Shown: positions 18,432 to 28,459, numbered from the stretch's first letter. The stretch is DNA of 64,000 nucleotides from Lacunisphaera sp. (GCA_036499685.1 DASYDH010000059.1:23057-87056), one strand, 5' to 3'. Numbers and translations are program-made. Notes: generated by a model not told the origin, from the letters alone.

Positions 18432-19664
18432 ATGCCCTGGCCGCTTTATCTCGCGCTGAAACAGCTTTTCCCGTCGGGACGGATTTCGCTTTTCACGATC
18501 ATCGCGACGACGGGAATCATGCTCGGCGTGACGATCATGCTGATGGTGACGAGCATCATGGGTGGATTCGGTTATCAGATCGGCCGGATGATCGTCGACA
18601 CGCAGGGCGATATTCAAGTGACAGCATCGACGCCAATCGATGGCAACAAGGCGGCCCAAATTGAAAAGGTGCTCGCGTCCACTCCGGAGGTGCTGGCGTC
18701 AGCTCCCTATGCCGCCGGGAAGGTGATGATCGAATATCACAAACACGCGGACATCCCCAATATCCAGGGTTTTTCGGTGGAGCAGATGAAGAAAGTACTG
18801 CCGCTCGAACGATACATTATTGCCGGGTCGCTGGAGGATTTGGACGACGATTCGGTGATCCTTAGTTCGATTCTCGCGCGATCGATCGGTGCGGACGTGG
18901 GCAGCATGATCAGCGTTTATTCGCCGCTGATGATGGAGCGCATCACCCAGAATGAGATTTTATATCCCCGCGAAGTTCGCGTCGCGGGTATTTTCCAAAT
19001 CGGCCACCAACAGCTCGATAGTTCGACTGTACTCTGCTCGTTGCGCCTCATGCAGGATCTTTACGGACTCAATCATCAGGTGCATGGCTATAATGTTCGT
19101 CTGAAGCCCGGGGCGGACGTGGATGTGGTTGCCGCCAGACTCGAACAAACCCTCCCGCCGGGAGTGCGGGCGGCGACGTGGCGCGAGACCAATGCGGAGT
19201 TCCAGTCCATCGTTACGTTCGAGGCCAACATGATTTTCTTTCTAATGACGTTTATCATCCTTGTGGCGGCATTCTCCATCACCAGCTCGCTGTTGATGTC
19301 GGTGATCCGGAAGACGCGTGAGATCGGTCTGCTCGGCGCCATGGGTGGACGAGCCAAGGATGTCGCGCTCTGCTTTTGCGTTCAGGGACTTTTCCTCGGT
19401 ACGGCTGGGACGGCACTGGGGCTCGCGCTTGGTTTCACGATGCTTCATTTCCGCGACAACATCGTCCATTTCATCGCCCGGATAAGCGTGGGTGAGGAGA
19501 CGTTTGTTAAGTTTTATCAGTTCAGTTCCTTGCCCGAGCACACGGTCGCGAAGAATGTCGTGACGATCATTGTTTTTTCCCTCGTTGCGTCGACGCTTGC
19601 GGGTCTGATTCCGGCGTGGCGTGCGGCCCGTTTGAAACCGGTGGAGGCATTGCGCAGTGAGTGA
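18432..19664 (+). CDS. lolE: Lipoprotein-release ABC transporter permease LolC/LolE
   Basis: 410 aa; G..LGV..M..V.SIM.GF; K.REIG.L.AMG; A...PA.RAA.L.PVEALR.E. Confidence 0.9.
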   Translation: MPWPLYLALKQLFPSGRISLFTIIATTGIMLGVTIMLMVTSIMGGFGYQIGRMIVDTQGDIQVTASTPIDGNKAAQIEKVLASTPEVLASAPYAAGKVMIEYHKHADIPNIQGFSVEQMKKVLPLERYIIAGSLEDLDDDSVILSSILARSIGADVGSMISVYSPLMMERITQNEILYPREVRVAGIFQIGHQQLDSSTVLCSLRLMQDLYGLNHQVHGYNVRLKPGADVDVVAARLEQTLPPGVRAATWRETNAEFQSIVTFEANMIFFLMTFIILVAAFSITSSLLMSVIRKTREIGLLGAMGGRAKDVALCFCVQGLFLGTAGTALGLALGFTMLHFRDNIVHFIARISVGEETFVKFYQFSSLPEHTVAKNVVTIIVFSLVASTLAGLIPAWRAARLKPVEALRSE

Positions 19665-20343
19665 GTCGGGATCCACTTCGATTCTTCAGGCGGTCGGCCT
19701 GCGGAAAAATTATCCCAGCGGCGACCGTACGTTGGAAGTGCTGCAAGGCGTGGATTTTTCCGTGGCTTCGGGCGAGAGCGTCAGTATTCGCGGGGAATCC
19801 GGCTCGGGGAAAAGTACGCTGCTCAACATTCTCGCGGGTTTGGACCGGCCAGACGCGGGCGAACTGCTTTGGAATGGGGAAGCGGCGCACCGTCTTAGTC
19901 TGAGCGAACTCACTCAACGGCGCGGGCTGTTTCTCGGCATGGTTTTTCAGTCGTATTATCTGATTCCGGAAATCGATGCAATTGCCAACGTGCTCATGAG
20001 TGCCCGGTTGGTTGGCAGAATCGGAAAGGCTGAACGCGAGCGAGCGTCGGCGCTATTGAGTCGCGTCGGGCTGGGGGAGCGCGGTCATCATCTGCCTTCT
20101 CATCTTTCTGGCGGCGAACGTCAACGCGTGGCCGTTGCGCGGGCGCTGATGAACCGGCCCAAGCTTATCCTTGCGGACGAACCGACCGGAAACCTCGACG
20201 AGCGCACGGGCGACGAGGTTATTCAATTATTACTCGAAGTGTGCGCGGAGGAAAAAACGGCGATCGTGCTGGTGACGCATAATCCCGTCCACGCGAAGAA
20301 GACTGCGCGTCAGTTATTTTTGCAGAACGGGAAATTCGTCTGA
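19657..20343 (+). CDS. lolD: Lipoprotein-release ABC transporter ATPase LolD
   Basis: GESGSGKS, LSGGERQRVAVARAL, ADEPTGNLD; GTG start overlapping lolE. Confidence 0.9.
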   Translation: MSESGSTSILQAVGLRKNYPSGDRTLEVLQGVDFSVASGESVSIRGESGSGKSTLLNILAGLDRPDAGELLWNGEAAHRLSLSELTQRRGLFLGMVFQSYYLIPEIDAIANVLMSARLVGRIGKAERERASALLSRVGLGERGHHLPSHLSGGERQRVAVARALMNRPKLILADEPTGNLDERTGDEVIQLLLEVCAEEKTAIVLVTHNPVHAKKTARQLFLQNGKFV

Positions 20344-20375
20344 CCGAAAGTATCCGTGGCCTGGCAAGGGGGAAT

Positions 20376-20403
20376 AAAAAAGCGCGGCCGAAGCCGCGCC
20401 TTT
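20376..20403 (-). terminator. Intrinsic terminator of leuCD (possibly bidirectional)
   Basis: Minus strand: GCGCGGC-TTCG-GCCGCGC-TTTTTT (C-UUCG-G tetraloop) between convergent lolD and leuD. Confidence 0.85.
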
Positions 20404-20425
20404 GTAAGATTGGAGCTCCATCCTT

Positions 20426-21028
20426 TTACGCCGCGAGATACGGCAGCTTTTTTGCCGTTTCCTTGACGGCGGGAATACCATCGAGGAGTTCGCCGATCGC
20501 ATCCCAACGGCCGTTGACCAGCGCGTCGCGGGCGGTTTCGCGGAAAGTTGCGGGAATGGTTTGGCCTCCGAAACGGATTTCCTGTTTGGCGACGTCGATC
20601 ACGACTTCGGTCTGCGGGTCTTTTTCGATAGCTGCGCTGATTTTAGCGATGTCCTCGCGCTTGGCGCAGGCGCACGGAATGCCGAGCGTCACGCTGTTGC
20701 CGAAGAAGATCTCGGCGAAGTTTTCCGCGATGACGGCCTTGAAACCGTATTTCTGGATTGCCTGCGGTGCGTGTTCGCGAGAGGAACCGCAACCGAAGTT
20801 TGCGCCGGAAATCAGGATGGTCGCGCCTTTGAAGCGGGCGTCATTCAGCGGATGCACGCGATCGGTGCCATCGGCATTTTTGCGGACGTCGTAGAAGAGA
20901 AATTCACCGAGACCATCGAAGGTCACGCATTTCATGAAGCGGGCGGGAATGATGCGGTCGGTGTCGATGTCATTGCCGGGAACAGTGACGGCGCGGCCGG
21001 AGACGGAGGTGATTTTAGCGAGAGCCAT
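20426..21028 (-). CDS. leuD: 3-isopropylmalate dehydratase small subunit
   Basis: DIDTDRIIPARF, NFGCGSSREHAP. Confidence 0.97.
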   Translation of the reverse strand: MALAKITSVSGRAVTVPGNDIDTDRIIPARFMKCVTFDGLGEFLFYDVRKNADGTDRVHPLNDARFKGATILISGANFGCGSSREHAPQAIQKYGFKAVIAENFAEIFFGNSVTLGIPCACAKREDIAKISAAIEKDPQTEVVIDVAKQEIRFGGQTIPATFRETARDALVNGRWDAIGELLDGIPAVKETAKKLPYLAA

Positions 21029-21039
21029 GGGAGATTTTT

Positions 21040-21069
21040 AACCACTAATGCACACTGATTGGCACTAAT
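21040..21069. repeat. Three 10-bp-periodic CACT(A/G)AT units in the leuC-leuD spacer
   Basis: AACCACTAAT GCACACTGAT TGGCACTAAT. Confidence 0.6.
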
Positions 21070-21111
21070 GATCGAAGTTGAAAGGTGAAGGAACGGGTGG
21101 TGGGACTTACG

Positions 21112-22524
21112 TTAGTTTACCGCGAAGACTTCGCGGGCGTCGGCGACGGAGCCGGTGACGGCAGCGGCGGCGACCATGACGGGACTCATCAACAGGGTGC
21201 GGCCAGTGGTCGAACCCTGACGGCCCTTAAAGTTGCGATTCGATGAACTGGCGCAGAGCTGATCGCCGATCAGTTTGTCGGGGTTCATGGCCAGGCACAT
21301 CGAGCAACCCGCGGCGCGCCACTCAAAGCCGGCTTCGCTGAGGATTTTGTCCAGGCCGAGCTTTTCGCATTGCAGCGCGACGATCTGCGAACCCGGAACC
21401 GCGATGGCTTTGATGCCGGGGGCGACCTTGCGGCCCTTGATATATTTGGCGACTTCCTGAAAGTCGGACAAGCGTCCGTTGGTACAGGAGCCGAGGAAGG
21501 CGACGTTGATCTTCGTGCCCTTGATCGGTGCGCCGGGTTTCAATTTCATGTAGGCCAATGCCTCTTCGATGCCGGCTTTCTCGTCGACCGAAGTGGTCTT
21601 GGTCGGATCGGGTATGCTTTCGGCGATGGAAATGCCCTGACCGGGATTGATGCCCCAGGTGACGGTCGGCGCGATGTCGGCGGCGTCGATCTTGACCACG
21701 TCGTCGTAGCGGCAGCCGGGGTCGGAAGCGAAGGACTTCCAGCGCGTGACGGCGGCGTCCCAGTCCGCGCCTTTCGGTGAGTAGGGGCGACCTTTTAAAT
21801 ACGCGAAGGTAGTTTCGTCGGGATTGACGTAGCCCGCGCGCGCGCCGCCTTCGATGGACATGTTACAGACCGTCATGCGCTCTTCCATCGTGAAACCGTC
21901 GAATACGCTGCCAGCGTATTCGTAGGCGTAGCCGGTGCCACCGTTGACACCGAGAACGCGGATGATGTGGAGAATGACGTCCTTGGCGTAGACGCCTGGA
22001 CGGAGTTTGCCGTTAACCTGGATGCGGCGAACTTTCAACGCGCCGAGCGCCATGGTCTGGGTCGCGAGCACGTCGCGCACCTGACTCGTGCCGATGCCAA
22101 AAGCGATCGCGCCGAAAGCGCCGTGGGTTGACGTGTGGGAATCGCCGCAGGCAATCGTCGTGCCCGGTTGGGTGATGCCTTGTTCAGGTCCGACGATGTG
22201 AACGATGCCTTGTTTACCGGTGGCGCGGTCGAAGAAAGTGATGCCGAACTCGGCGCAGTTTTTGCGCAATTCGTCCATCATAGCCTGCGCAAGTGGATCG
22301 CTGTACGGCTCCACCAACTGGTCGGTCGGAACGATGTGATCCACGGTCGCGAAGGTGCGGTGCGGCATTAGCACTTTCAGGCCGAGATCGCGCAACATGC
22401 CGAAGGCCTGGGGCGACGTGACCTCGTGGATCAAATGCGTTCCGATGATGAGCTGCGTCTGGCCATTCGCCAACGTGCGGGCGGTGTGCGCGGACCAGAC
22501 TTTTTCGAACAAGGATTTAGGCAT
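21112..22524 (-). CDS. leuC: 3-isopropylmalate dehydratase large subunit
   Basis: [44 protein letters not shown]; start at ATG 22524. Confidence 0.98.
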   Translation of the reverse strand: MPKSLFEKVWSAHTARTLANGQTQLIIGTHLIHEVTSPQAFGMLRDLGLKVLMPHRTFATVDHIVPTDQLVEPYSDPLAQAMMDELRKNCAEFGITFFDRATGKQGIVHIVGPEQGITQPGTTIACGDSHTSTHGAFGAIAFGIGTSQVRDVLATQTMALGALKVRRIQVNGKLRPGVYAKDVILHIIRVLGVNGGTGYAYEYAGSVFDGFTMEERMTVCNMSIEGGARAGYVNPDETTFAYLKGRPYSPKGADWDAAVTRWKSFASDPGCRYDDVVKIDAADIAPTVTWGINPGQGISIAESIPDPTKTTSVDEKAGIEEALAYMKLKPGAPIKGTKINVAFLGSCTNGRLSDFQEVAKYIKGRKVAPGIKAIAVPGSQIVALQCEKLGLDKILSEAGFEWRAAGCSMCLAMNPDKLIGDQLCASSSNRNFKGRQGSTTGRTLLMSPVMVAAAAVTGSVADAREVFAVN

Positions 22525-22612
22525 GGTAACGGGAGGTATTGAAAGTGAGGAAATCAACGAGATCGAATCTACCAGAAACTTGCCATAACGGGAAATACTT
22601 GTTTCGTGTCCT

Positions 22613-23527
22613 GTGATGCCTCGTGAGTATCAATATCCGTTTGAACTGCGGCACCTCGTTTACTTTCGGGAGGTGGCCCGACAGCTGCATTTTCGCAAGG
22701 CGGCGGAAACCCTCGCGGTGGCCCAACCGGCGCTGTCGCGTGGCGTGGCGCAGCTGGAAACCGAACTCGGCGTGAATTTGCTCAATCGAACGCGGCGAAA
22801 GGTGGAGTTAACACCGGCGGGTCGGGCGCTGCTCGAGCGGATCGAGCCATTGTTGCGTGCATTGGCGGCGGTGCCGGAGGACATCCGGGCGCTGGCGGGT
22901 GGTCAAGCGGGGCAGGTGAGGCTCGCATTTACAGGTCTGGCGATGGCCACGGTGTTGCCGGGGATTTTGCGCGAGTTTAACCGGCGTTATCCGGGTATTC
23001 GCGTGGAATTGAACGAGTCGCCCACGGCCGCGCAATTGGAGTCGCTGAAAACCGGAGAGATCGCGTGCGGTTTTTTCCATCCCAATGCGACGCTTCCGAC
23101 CGGGTTGGGGACAAAGCTGTTATTGCAGGAAAAAAACGGCGTGCTTTTGCCGGCGGACCACCCATTGGCGTCGGTCAAAAAGTTGCGGCTGCGCGAACTC
23201 GCGGATACGCCGTTTGTGATGTTTCCCCGGGCGCACAATCCGGGATTTTATGACCGGGTACTGGCGGCGTTTCAGCAGGCCGGGATTACTCCGCGCATCG
23301 CGGATGAAGTCTGGCCCCGATCGAATGCGATCGGCCTTGTTCGGGCGGGTTTGGGGGCGACGTTCATGTGTCCGTCGGAAGCGCAACAACTCCCGGTCGA
23401 GGTGGCGTTCCGAACGCTCGACGGTCCGGCGCCCGAGAGTCGTTTGGTGTTGGGGTGGAGAAAAGATGCGCCGTCTGATCCAGCGTTGGCGGCGTTTTTG
23501 GCGGTGGCGGGAGCCGCACCCGGTTGA
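22613..23527 (+). CDS. LysR-family transcriptional regulator divergent from leuCD
   Basis: N-terminal HTH (LRHLVYF..VA..LHF.KAAE.L..AQP.LS..V..LE.ELG..L..R..R.V.LT.AG); substrate-binding C-domain. Confidence 0.95.
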   Translation: MMPREYQYPFELRHLVYFREVARQLHFRKAAETLAVAQPALSRGVAQLETELGVNLLNRTRRKVELTPAGRALLERIEPLLRALAAVPEDIRALAGGQAGQVRLAFTGLAMATVLPGILREFNRRYPGIRVELNESPTAAQLESLKTGEIACGFFHPNATLPTGLGTKLLLQEKNGVLLPADHPLASVKKLRLRELADTPFVMFPRAHNPGFYDRVLAAFQQAGITPRIADEVWPRSNAIGLVRAGLGATFMCPSEAQQLPVEVAFRTLDGPAPESRLVLGWRKDAPSDPALAAFLAVAGAAPG

Positions 23528-23537
23528 GAACAAAATT

Positions 23538-23606
23538 TGGAGCCACGGCGACCCCGCCGTGGGATTGGGATCGAAGGGAAACCGCAGCGGGGTCGCTGCG
23601 GCTCCA
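23538..23606. repeat. REP-like inverted doublet
   Basis: TGGAGCCACGGCG-ACCC-CGCCGTGG (23538-23562, +) and TGGAGCCGCAGCG-ACCC-CGCTGCGG (23582-23606, -); perfect 8-bp stems differing by compensatory pairs. Confidence 0.8.
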
Positions 23607-23688
23607 GGGTATGGCGTTTTCGTTGTGTGATCCGCCGGCTTTTTTAGTGTCTTTTTCCGGCGCTTCCTGACTAATTTTCCGTTTCCGC

Positions 23689-24909
23689 TTGAATCCCAAC
23701 CGTCCGTACATCGCCCTGCTGTTCACGACTTTTCCGAAGACCTCGGAGACTTTTTTGCAACGCGATGTGGCGGCATTACAGGCGAAGGGGCTGCGGCTAA
23801 AACTTTTTTCGCTGTGGGGCGGTGGCGGCGAGTTCAATGGATTATCGGTGCAGAATTTTCCAAAGTGGCGGTTGATCTGGGTTTTTTTGTGGATCATTCC
23901 GTGGAATTGCGTGTGGCGTCCGAGAGTCGTGCGTGATTTGTTTGAGGGCGTGTTGACGCGCGGCGCGCCGTCGTGGCTGAACTTTTGGGAGAATATGTTG
24001 GGCGCTGGCTTTGCCGGCAGCTATGCGCGACAGTTGAGCAAGGATCCGCCCGCGCTGGTGCACGGCGCCTGGGCGGGTGCGCCGGCTACGGCCGGCTGGT
24101 TGTTCTGGCGAATGTTTGGCTGGCCGTACAGCAGTGGGGCGCACGCCTACGACATCTATGAGCACGGTGGCGATTGGTGGTTGCGCGAAAAGTTACTGCA
24201 CGCCCGGTTCACCCACACGTCGACGGAAATGGGCCGGCGTGAACTGATCGCGCGGGATTTGCCACCGGGGAAAATTAAATGCATTCGACGCGGCTTGGGC
24301 ACGTTTCCGACGTTTAAGCCATTGCGCGCAAACCGGCAGCCGCTTCGCCTCATTTGCATCGCGCGTCTCGTGCCAAAAAAGGGACTCGATCATCAATTGC
24401 GAATTTACGCCGCGCTGAAGCAAGCCGGACTTTCCTTCGAGGCCCGGATCGTGGGCGATGGGCCGTTGCAGAGTGAATTGGAGAATTTGATCGCTAGTCT
24501 CCGGCTCGATCGCGAGGTGAGTTTGCTGGGGAAATTACCGCAGCCGAAAGTGTGGACACAGCTCGCGTGGGCCGACGTATTGCTGCACACCGGTGTGATC
24601 GCGAAGAGCGGCGATCGCGACGGATTGCCCAATGTGATTCCGGAGGCGATGGCGGCTGGTGTATTGGTGGTGACATCACCTGTTTCCGCGACGACGGAGG
24701 CAATCAGCGAGGGACGCACGGGCTTGGTGGCGGACGCTGATCAGCCGCTCGCGTGGGTGGCGGCGCTGCGGAGGTTGAGTGACGACAATCAGTTGGCGGA
24801 GACCTTACGCACTGGCGCGCGAACTTGGGTTGAGGAAAATTACGACGCGCATAAAAATACTGCGCAACTGGTCGCGTGTTTTGAACAGGCCATGAAAAAT
24901 CAACCGTGA
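23689..24909 (+). CDS. GT4 glycosyltransferase (WcaL-like)
   Basis: TTG start (uncertain); FP..SETF..R; ARLVPKKG; DRDGLPNVIPEAMAAG. Confidence 0.88.
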   Translation: MNPNRPYIALLFTTFPKTSETFLQRDVAALQAKGLRLKLFSLWGGGGEFNGLSVQNFPKWRLIWVFLWIIPWNCVWRPRVVRDLFEGVLTRGAPSWLNFWENMLGAGFAGSYARQLSKDPPALVHGAWAGAPATAGWLFWRMFGWPYSSGAHAYDIYEHGGDWWLREKLLHARFTHTSTEMGRRELIARDLPPGKIKCIRRGLGTFPTFKPLRANRQPLRLICIARLVPKKGLDHQLRIYAALKQAGLSFEARIVGDGPLQSELENLIASLRLDREVSLLGKLPQPKVWTQLAWADVLLHTGVIAKSGDRDGLPNVIPEAMAAGVLVVTSPVSATTEAISEGRTGLVADADQPLAWVAALRRLSDDNQLAETLRTGARTWVEENYDAHKNTAQLVACFEQAMKNQP

Positions 24910-24931
24910 CGGAAAACGGCGGAACGTTCGC

Positions 24932-25984
24932 ATGATTTACTATGATATCACCAAAATGGGAGCCGCCCGGCATCGCTCGGGGTTGATGCGCTTGACGTCA
25001 CGCTTGATGGAGGAACTGGGCTCGGCGATCACGACGGTCGCGTGGGATCAGCGACAGCGGGCGTTCGTCGTCGGCCGTCAACGCGACCCGGTAAAATGGG
25101 AGGCGAAGGATTGGTTGTTCACGGTCGAGATGTTCAGTGAAAGCGAACGTCCGGGAATTTCCGCATTTCTGAAAAATCCGCCCTGTCGTCTAGCCGCGAT
25201 GTTTCATGACGCGATCCCATTGAGATTTCCGCACATCACCTGGCCGCAGAGTGTGCAGCGCCATCCGGAATACATGAAGTTGCTCGCCGGATTTGAACGC
25301 ACGTGGGCGATCTCGGAAGAAACGAAAAAAGACTTCGCCGGCTTCTGGCGCTGGCAGGGCGTGGAGGTGCGCGCGCAGGTGGATGGGATTGAACTAGGCG
25401 CGGATTTTGATGGGGGCACCCGGGTGCAACGCGATCCGTTGGTTGCTTCGGGCAGACCGGCGCTCCTGTGCGTTGGCATCGTTGAGCCGCGGAAAAATCA
25501 AACGTTTCTCCTAGATGTTTGTGAAGTGCTCTGGGGGGAGCAGGTTGATTTTGAATTGGCCGTGCTCGGGCGCATCAATCCCCATTTTGGCAAACCAATC
25601 GCGGCGCGGATGAAGGCGTTGGAAAAGCGCGAACCACGTTTTCGTTTTCACGCTGCGGCGGGGGATCAGGAACTGGCGAGATTGTACGCGAATGCGCGCG
25701 CGGTCGCGTTTCCCACCATCGCGGAAGGTTGCGGGTTGCCGCTGCTGGAAGCGTTGTGGCGCGGCGTTCCGTGTGTCGCGAGCGACCTGCCGGTGCTGCG
25801 GGAAAACGCTGACGGAGGTGGCTGTTTGGTAGCTGGCGTCAACAGTGTCGAAGATTGGCGCACAAAATTGCGCAGTGTGCTCACTGACGCAGAGCTCAGC
25901 CGGCGTTTGCAGCGCGAGGCGATGACTCGGACTTTGCCGCGTTGGACCGATGCGGCGCAAACGATTTTGAAGGCGTTGCGTTAA
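24932..25984 (+). CDS. GT4 glycosyltransferase (WbdA/mannosyltransferase-like)
   Basis: FHDAIPL.FP; VGIVEPRKNQ; EGCGLPLLEAL..G.PC. Confidence 0.88.
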   Translation: MIYYDITKMGAARHRSGLMRLTSRLMEELGSAITTVAWDQRQRAFVVGRQRDPVKWEAKDWLFTVEMFSESERPGISAFLKNPPCRLAAMFHDAIPLRFPHITWPQSVQRHPEYMKLLAGFERTWAISEETKKDFAGFWRWQGVEVRAQVDGIELGADFDGGTRVQRDPLVASGRPALLCVGIVEPRKNQTFLLDVCEVLWGEQVDFELAVLGRINPHFGKPIAARMKALEKREPRFRFHAAAGDQELARLYANARAVAFPTIAEGCGLPLLEALWRGVPCVASDLPVLRENADGGGCLVAGVNSVEDWRTKLRSVLTDAELSRRLQREAMTRTLPRWTDAAQTILKALR

Positions 25985-26006
25985 TTGAAACGGCAACACT
26001 GCCCGC

Positions 26007-27203
26007 TCACATCTGTTTGACGGCGTAAGCCATCGCGACAGCGATTTTTTCGAGATCTTCGTCGCTGTGGAGCGCTGAAACGGCAGTCCGGATGAGATCC
26101 TTTCCTGGCGGCACGGCGGGAGCGATGGACATGACGGTGAACACACCTTTGTCCAACAATGCCTGCCAGAAACGATAAACCAGCTCCTTGGAACCGAGGA
26201 CGATTGGTACGGCGGGAGTTTCGCTGTCCCATGTGTCGAGTCCGAGCGTCTTGAGCATTTCGCGGTAGCGCTTCGTATTGCGCCAAAGCCGCTGCAAATG
26301 CTGGGGTTCCGTCTGCATGATATCGAGCGATGCCGAAGCCGCTGCGGCTTGGCTGGGACTGATCGCGGCACTGAAAAGGGTCTGCTTGGAGTTTGTGCGG
26401 AGGTATTCGATCAACTCGCGCGAACCGCTGACAAACCCACCGGTACTCGCGAGCGATTTCGACATCGAACCACAGAGGATGTCGACCTTGTCGTTGAGCT
26501 TAAAGTGATCGACCGTGCCGCGTCCCTGCCGGCCGAGGACCCCCAAACCATGCGCGTCGTCGACGACCGTAAAGCAACCGTTGTCCTCACCAATCTCCGC
26601 CAGTTCCGGCAGCCGGCAAACATGGCCTTCCATCGAATAGACCCCCTCGACCACGAGCATTTTCGGAATGGAATGAGGCACGCTCTTGAGGACTTGGCGA
26701 AGATCCTCGGGGTTATTGTGGCTGAAGCGTTCCGCTGTGGCCATGGATAGACGGATGCCATCCCAAAGGCAGGAGTGAATGTTTTTATCGGCGAGGACGA
26801 TGTCACCCTTCTGGACAAACGAAGCCACCGCAGAGCAGCACGAAACATAACCGGCGACCGAAATATGGCAGGCCTCGCGCCCGAGAAACGCGGCGAGTTT
26901 TTCCTCCAGCGCGACGTGATATGCGCGCGAGCCGTTGGAAATGCGGGCACCGGTCGTGCTTGAGCCCCACGCTTTCGCACCTTCACCGCACGCCTCGATT
27001 ACCTTGGGATGGAACGACAATCCGAGGTAGTCGTTGCTCGAAAGCATGATCATATCCCGACCCTGCAACTTGATATGCGTACCCTGCTGCGCCTCCATCG
27101 CGTGGTAGTAGGGCTTGTATTTCAGCCGCATCTTTGTCGCGTAGTCGTCCTGCGCGCGTTCGATCAGGGCTTTTTTGGTCTTGGTGAAAAGGGAAAGGGC
27201 CAT
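26007..27203 (-). CDS. PLP-dependent alpha-oxoamine synthase, serine palmitoyltransferase-like
   Basis: 398 aa; SNDYLGL, GSSTTGAR, IHSC..DG, EGVYSMEG, DDAH, GSMSKSLASTGGF (PLP lysine), PAVP....IR. Family is secure; substrate is not. Confidence 0.85.
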   Translation of the reverse strand: MALSLFTKTKKALIERAQDDYATKMRLKYKPYYHAMEAQQGTHIKLQGRDMIMLSSNDYLGLSFHPKVIEACGEGAKAWGSSTTGARISNGSRAYHVALEEKLAAFLGREACHISVAGYVSCCSAVASFVQKGDIVLADKNIHSCLWDGIRLSMATAERFSHNNPEDLRQVLKSVPHSIPKMLVVEGVYSMEGHVCRLPELAEIGEDNGCFTVVDDAHGLGVLGRQGRGTVDHFKLNDKVDILCGSMSKSLASTGGFVSGSRELIEYLRTNSKQTLFSAAISPSQAAAASASLDIMQTEPQHLQRLWRNTKRYREMLKTLGLDTWDSETPAVPIVLGSKELVYRFWQALLDKGVFTVMSIAPAVPPGKDLIRTAVSALHSDEDLEKIAVAMAYAVKQM

Positions 27204-27272
27204 GGAAACTGGCGCGAACTACACGTCAGACCCGGGTGGTTAGCAATCGCAAAGGCCGGCGTCCCGTGGGAC

Positions 27273-28457
27273 TCAGGTCTTTGGCGTCAGCGTGTGCATC
27301 CACGAGACAATGGCATTCGCGTAGCCGTTCCACGATTGCAACTTGCGGTTGCGGGCGGCGACCGAGAGAGCCGCCAGCTCGCCGGGATTTTTCAATAGTG
27401 ATCGCATGGCGGCCGCCAAATCATCCGGGTTGACGGACACCAGCGCAATGCAACCTCCGCCGACGGCGGCTTCGGCCAACGCGCCGCGCCCCGAGCAAAT
27501 ACAGGGACGTCCGTGTTGGAGACTTTCGAGGACGGGAAGTCCGAATCCTTCGATCAGAGACGGATAAACTGTAAAGGAACATTCGCGGTAAGCCGCGTGA
27601 AGGCGTTCGTCGGTTACGCTGCCTTCGAAAAGGAGCGGCCGGCCGGCGCGCTGCAAAATGGCAATCAGATCGAGCGCGGGTTTCGCGGTGTCAGGCCGGG
27701 CGAGACCGAGAAGTTGCAATTCAAATTGTACGCCGGAATCCCAGAGGGACACGGCTGCTTGCAACAATGCCAGGTGATTTTTTCGTCCCTCGATCGTTCC
27801 GACGCTCAGGATGCGCGGAAGTGAATCGGGCCGGGTGCGAGGAGCATCTGGTGCGAGCGTCAGGCTGAGCGGATCCACGGCGAGTGGAATTGCTTCGACG
27901 GGCGGAACATTTTTCACTCCCAGCCACCGCCAGTACTCGCGAAGGCTCGCGGCGGAGTCGGCGGAAATTGCGGCGACTCCGTCGAATTGCAGCAGTTCGC
28001 GCAGGTAGGAGGGCATGCGCGCCACGGTGCCGGCCGGCGTTAGTTCAGGAAATTTCAGTGGAATGGCATCGTAGAAGATCGCGATTTTGGCACCGCGAAC
28101 GGCCGGAAAAATTTCACGGAGTCGGCTTCCCACTTTGGCGGAAAATAATTCGGGACAAATGAAACCGGAATTGTCTGGAAGGAACGGTTTGGCACCGCGC
28201 CAGCGGGTGGTCGCGCCGGAGATTTTTTGCGAGAGCGTCCACTTGGCGCCGCGTGATCTGCCCGAGCCGCCGCTGCGATCACGCAGCACGGCGAGTTCGC
28301 CAGTGCCTAGTGTCCGCCAGCCGATCAAATGGGGATCGTAGCAAACGGGAGCGGCGTTGCCCTGCGCATAAAGTTCCTCGAACAAACTCCGGCACACGCG
28401 CTGAATGCCCGTTTGGGCGGCGGTATGGCTGGTGTGCGTGGCGTCGAAGAGCAACAT
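27273..28457 (-). CDS. GT4 glycosyltransferase (WbdA-like)
   Basis: From ATG 28457; TGIQRV, YDAIPLKFP, VGTIEGRKNH, EGFGLPVLESL..G.PCI. Confidence 0.88.
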   Translation of the reverse strand: MLLFDATHTSHTAAQTGIQRVCRSLFEELYAQGNAAPVCYDPHLIGWRTLGTGELAVLRDRSGGSGRSRGAKWTLSQKISGATTRWRGAKPFLPDNSGFICPELFSAKVGSRLREIFPAVRGAKIAIFYDAIPLKFPELTPAGTVARMPSYLRELLQFDGVAAISADSAASLREYWRWLGVKNVPPVEAIPLAVDPLSLTLAPDAPRTRPDSLPRILSVGTIEGRKNHLALLQAAVSLWDSGVQFELQLLGLARPDTAKPALDLIAILQRAGRPLLFEGSVTDERLHAAYRECSFTVYPSLIEGFGLPVLESLQHGRPCICSGRGALAEAAVGGGCIALVSVNPDDLAAAMRSLLKNPGELAALSVAARNRKLQSWNGYANAIVSWMHTLTPKT

Positions 28458-28459
28458 GG

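Noticed and set aside
21060-21076. TGGCAC as a second sigma54 site
   Set aside because: No TTGC at the required spacing (TGGCAC-TAATG-ATCG), and it points against leuCD; it is part of the periodic repeat
22525-22612. Leucine attenuator upstream of leuC
   Set aside because: The only mini-ORF is MASFW*, with no Leu codons and no terminator/antiterminator pair
18357-23606. Short repeats as a CRISPR array
   Set aside because: They are inverted or short-period repeats with no repeat-spacer series, and no cas genes are present
26007-27203. Annotation as bioF or kbl
   Set aside because: No biotin or threonine-catabolism neighbours; left as SPT-like with unknown substrate
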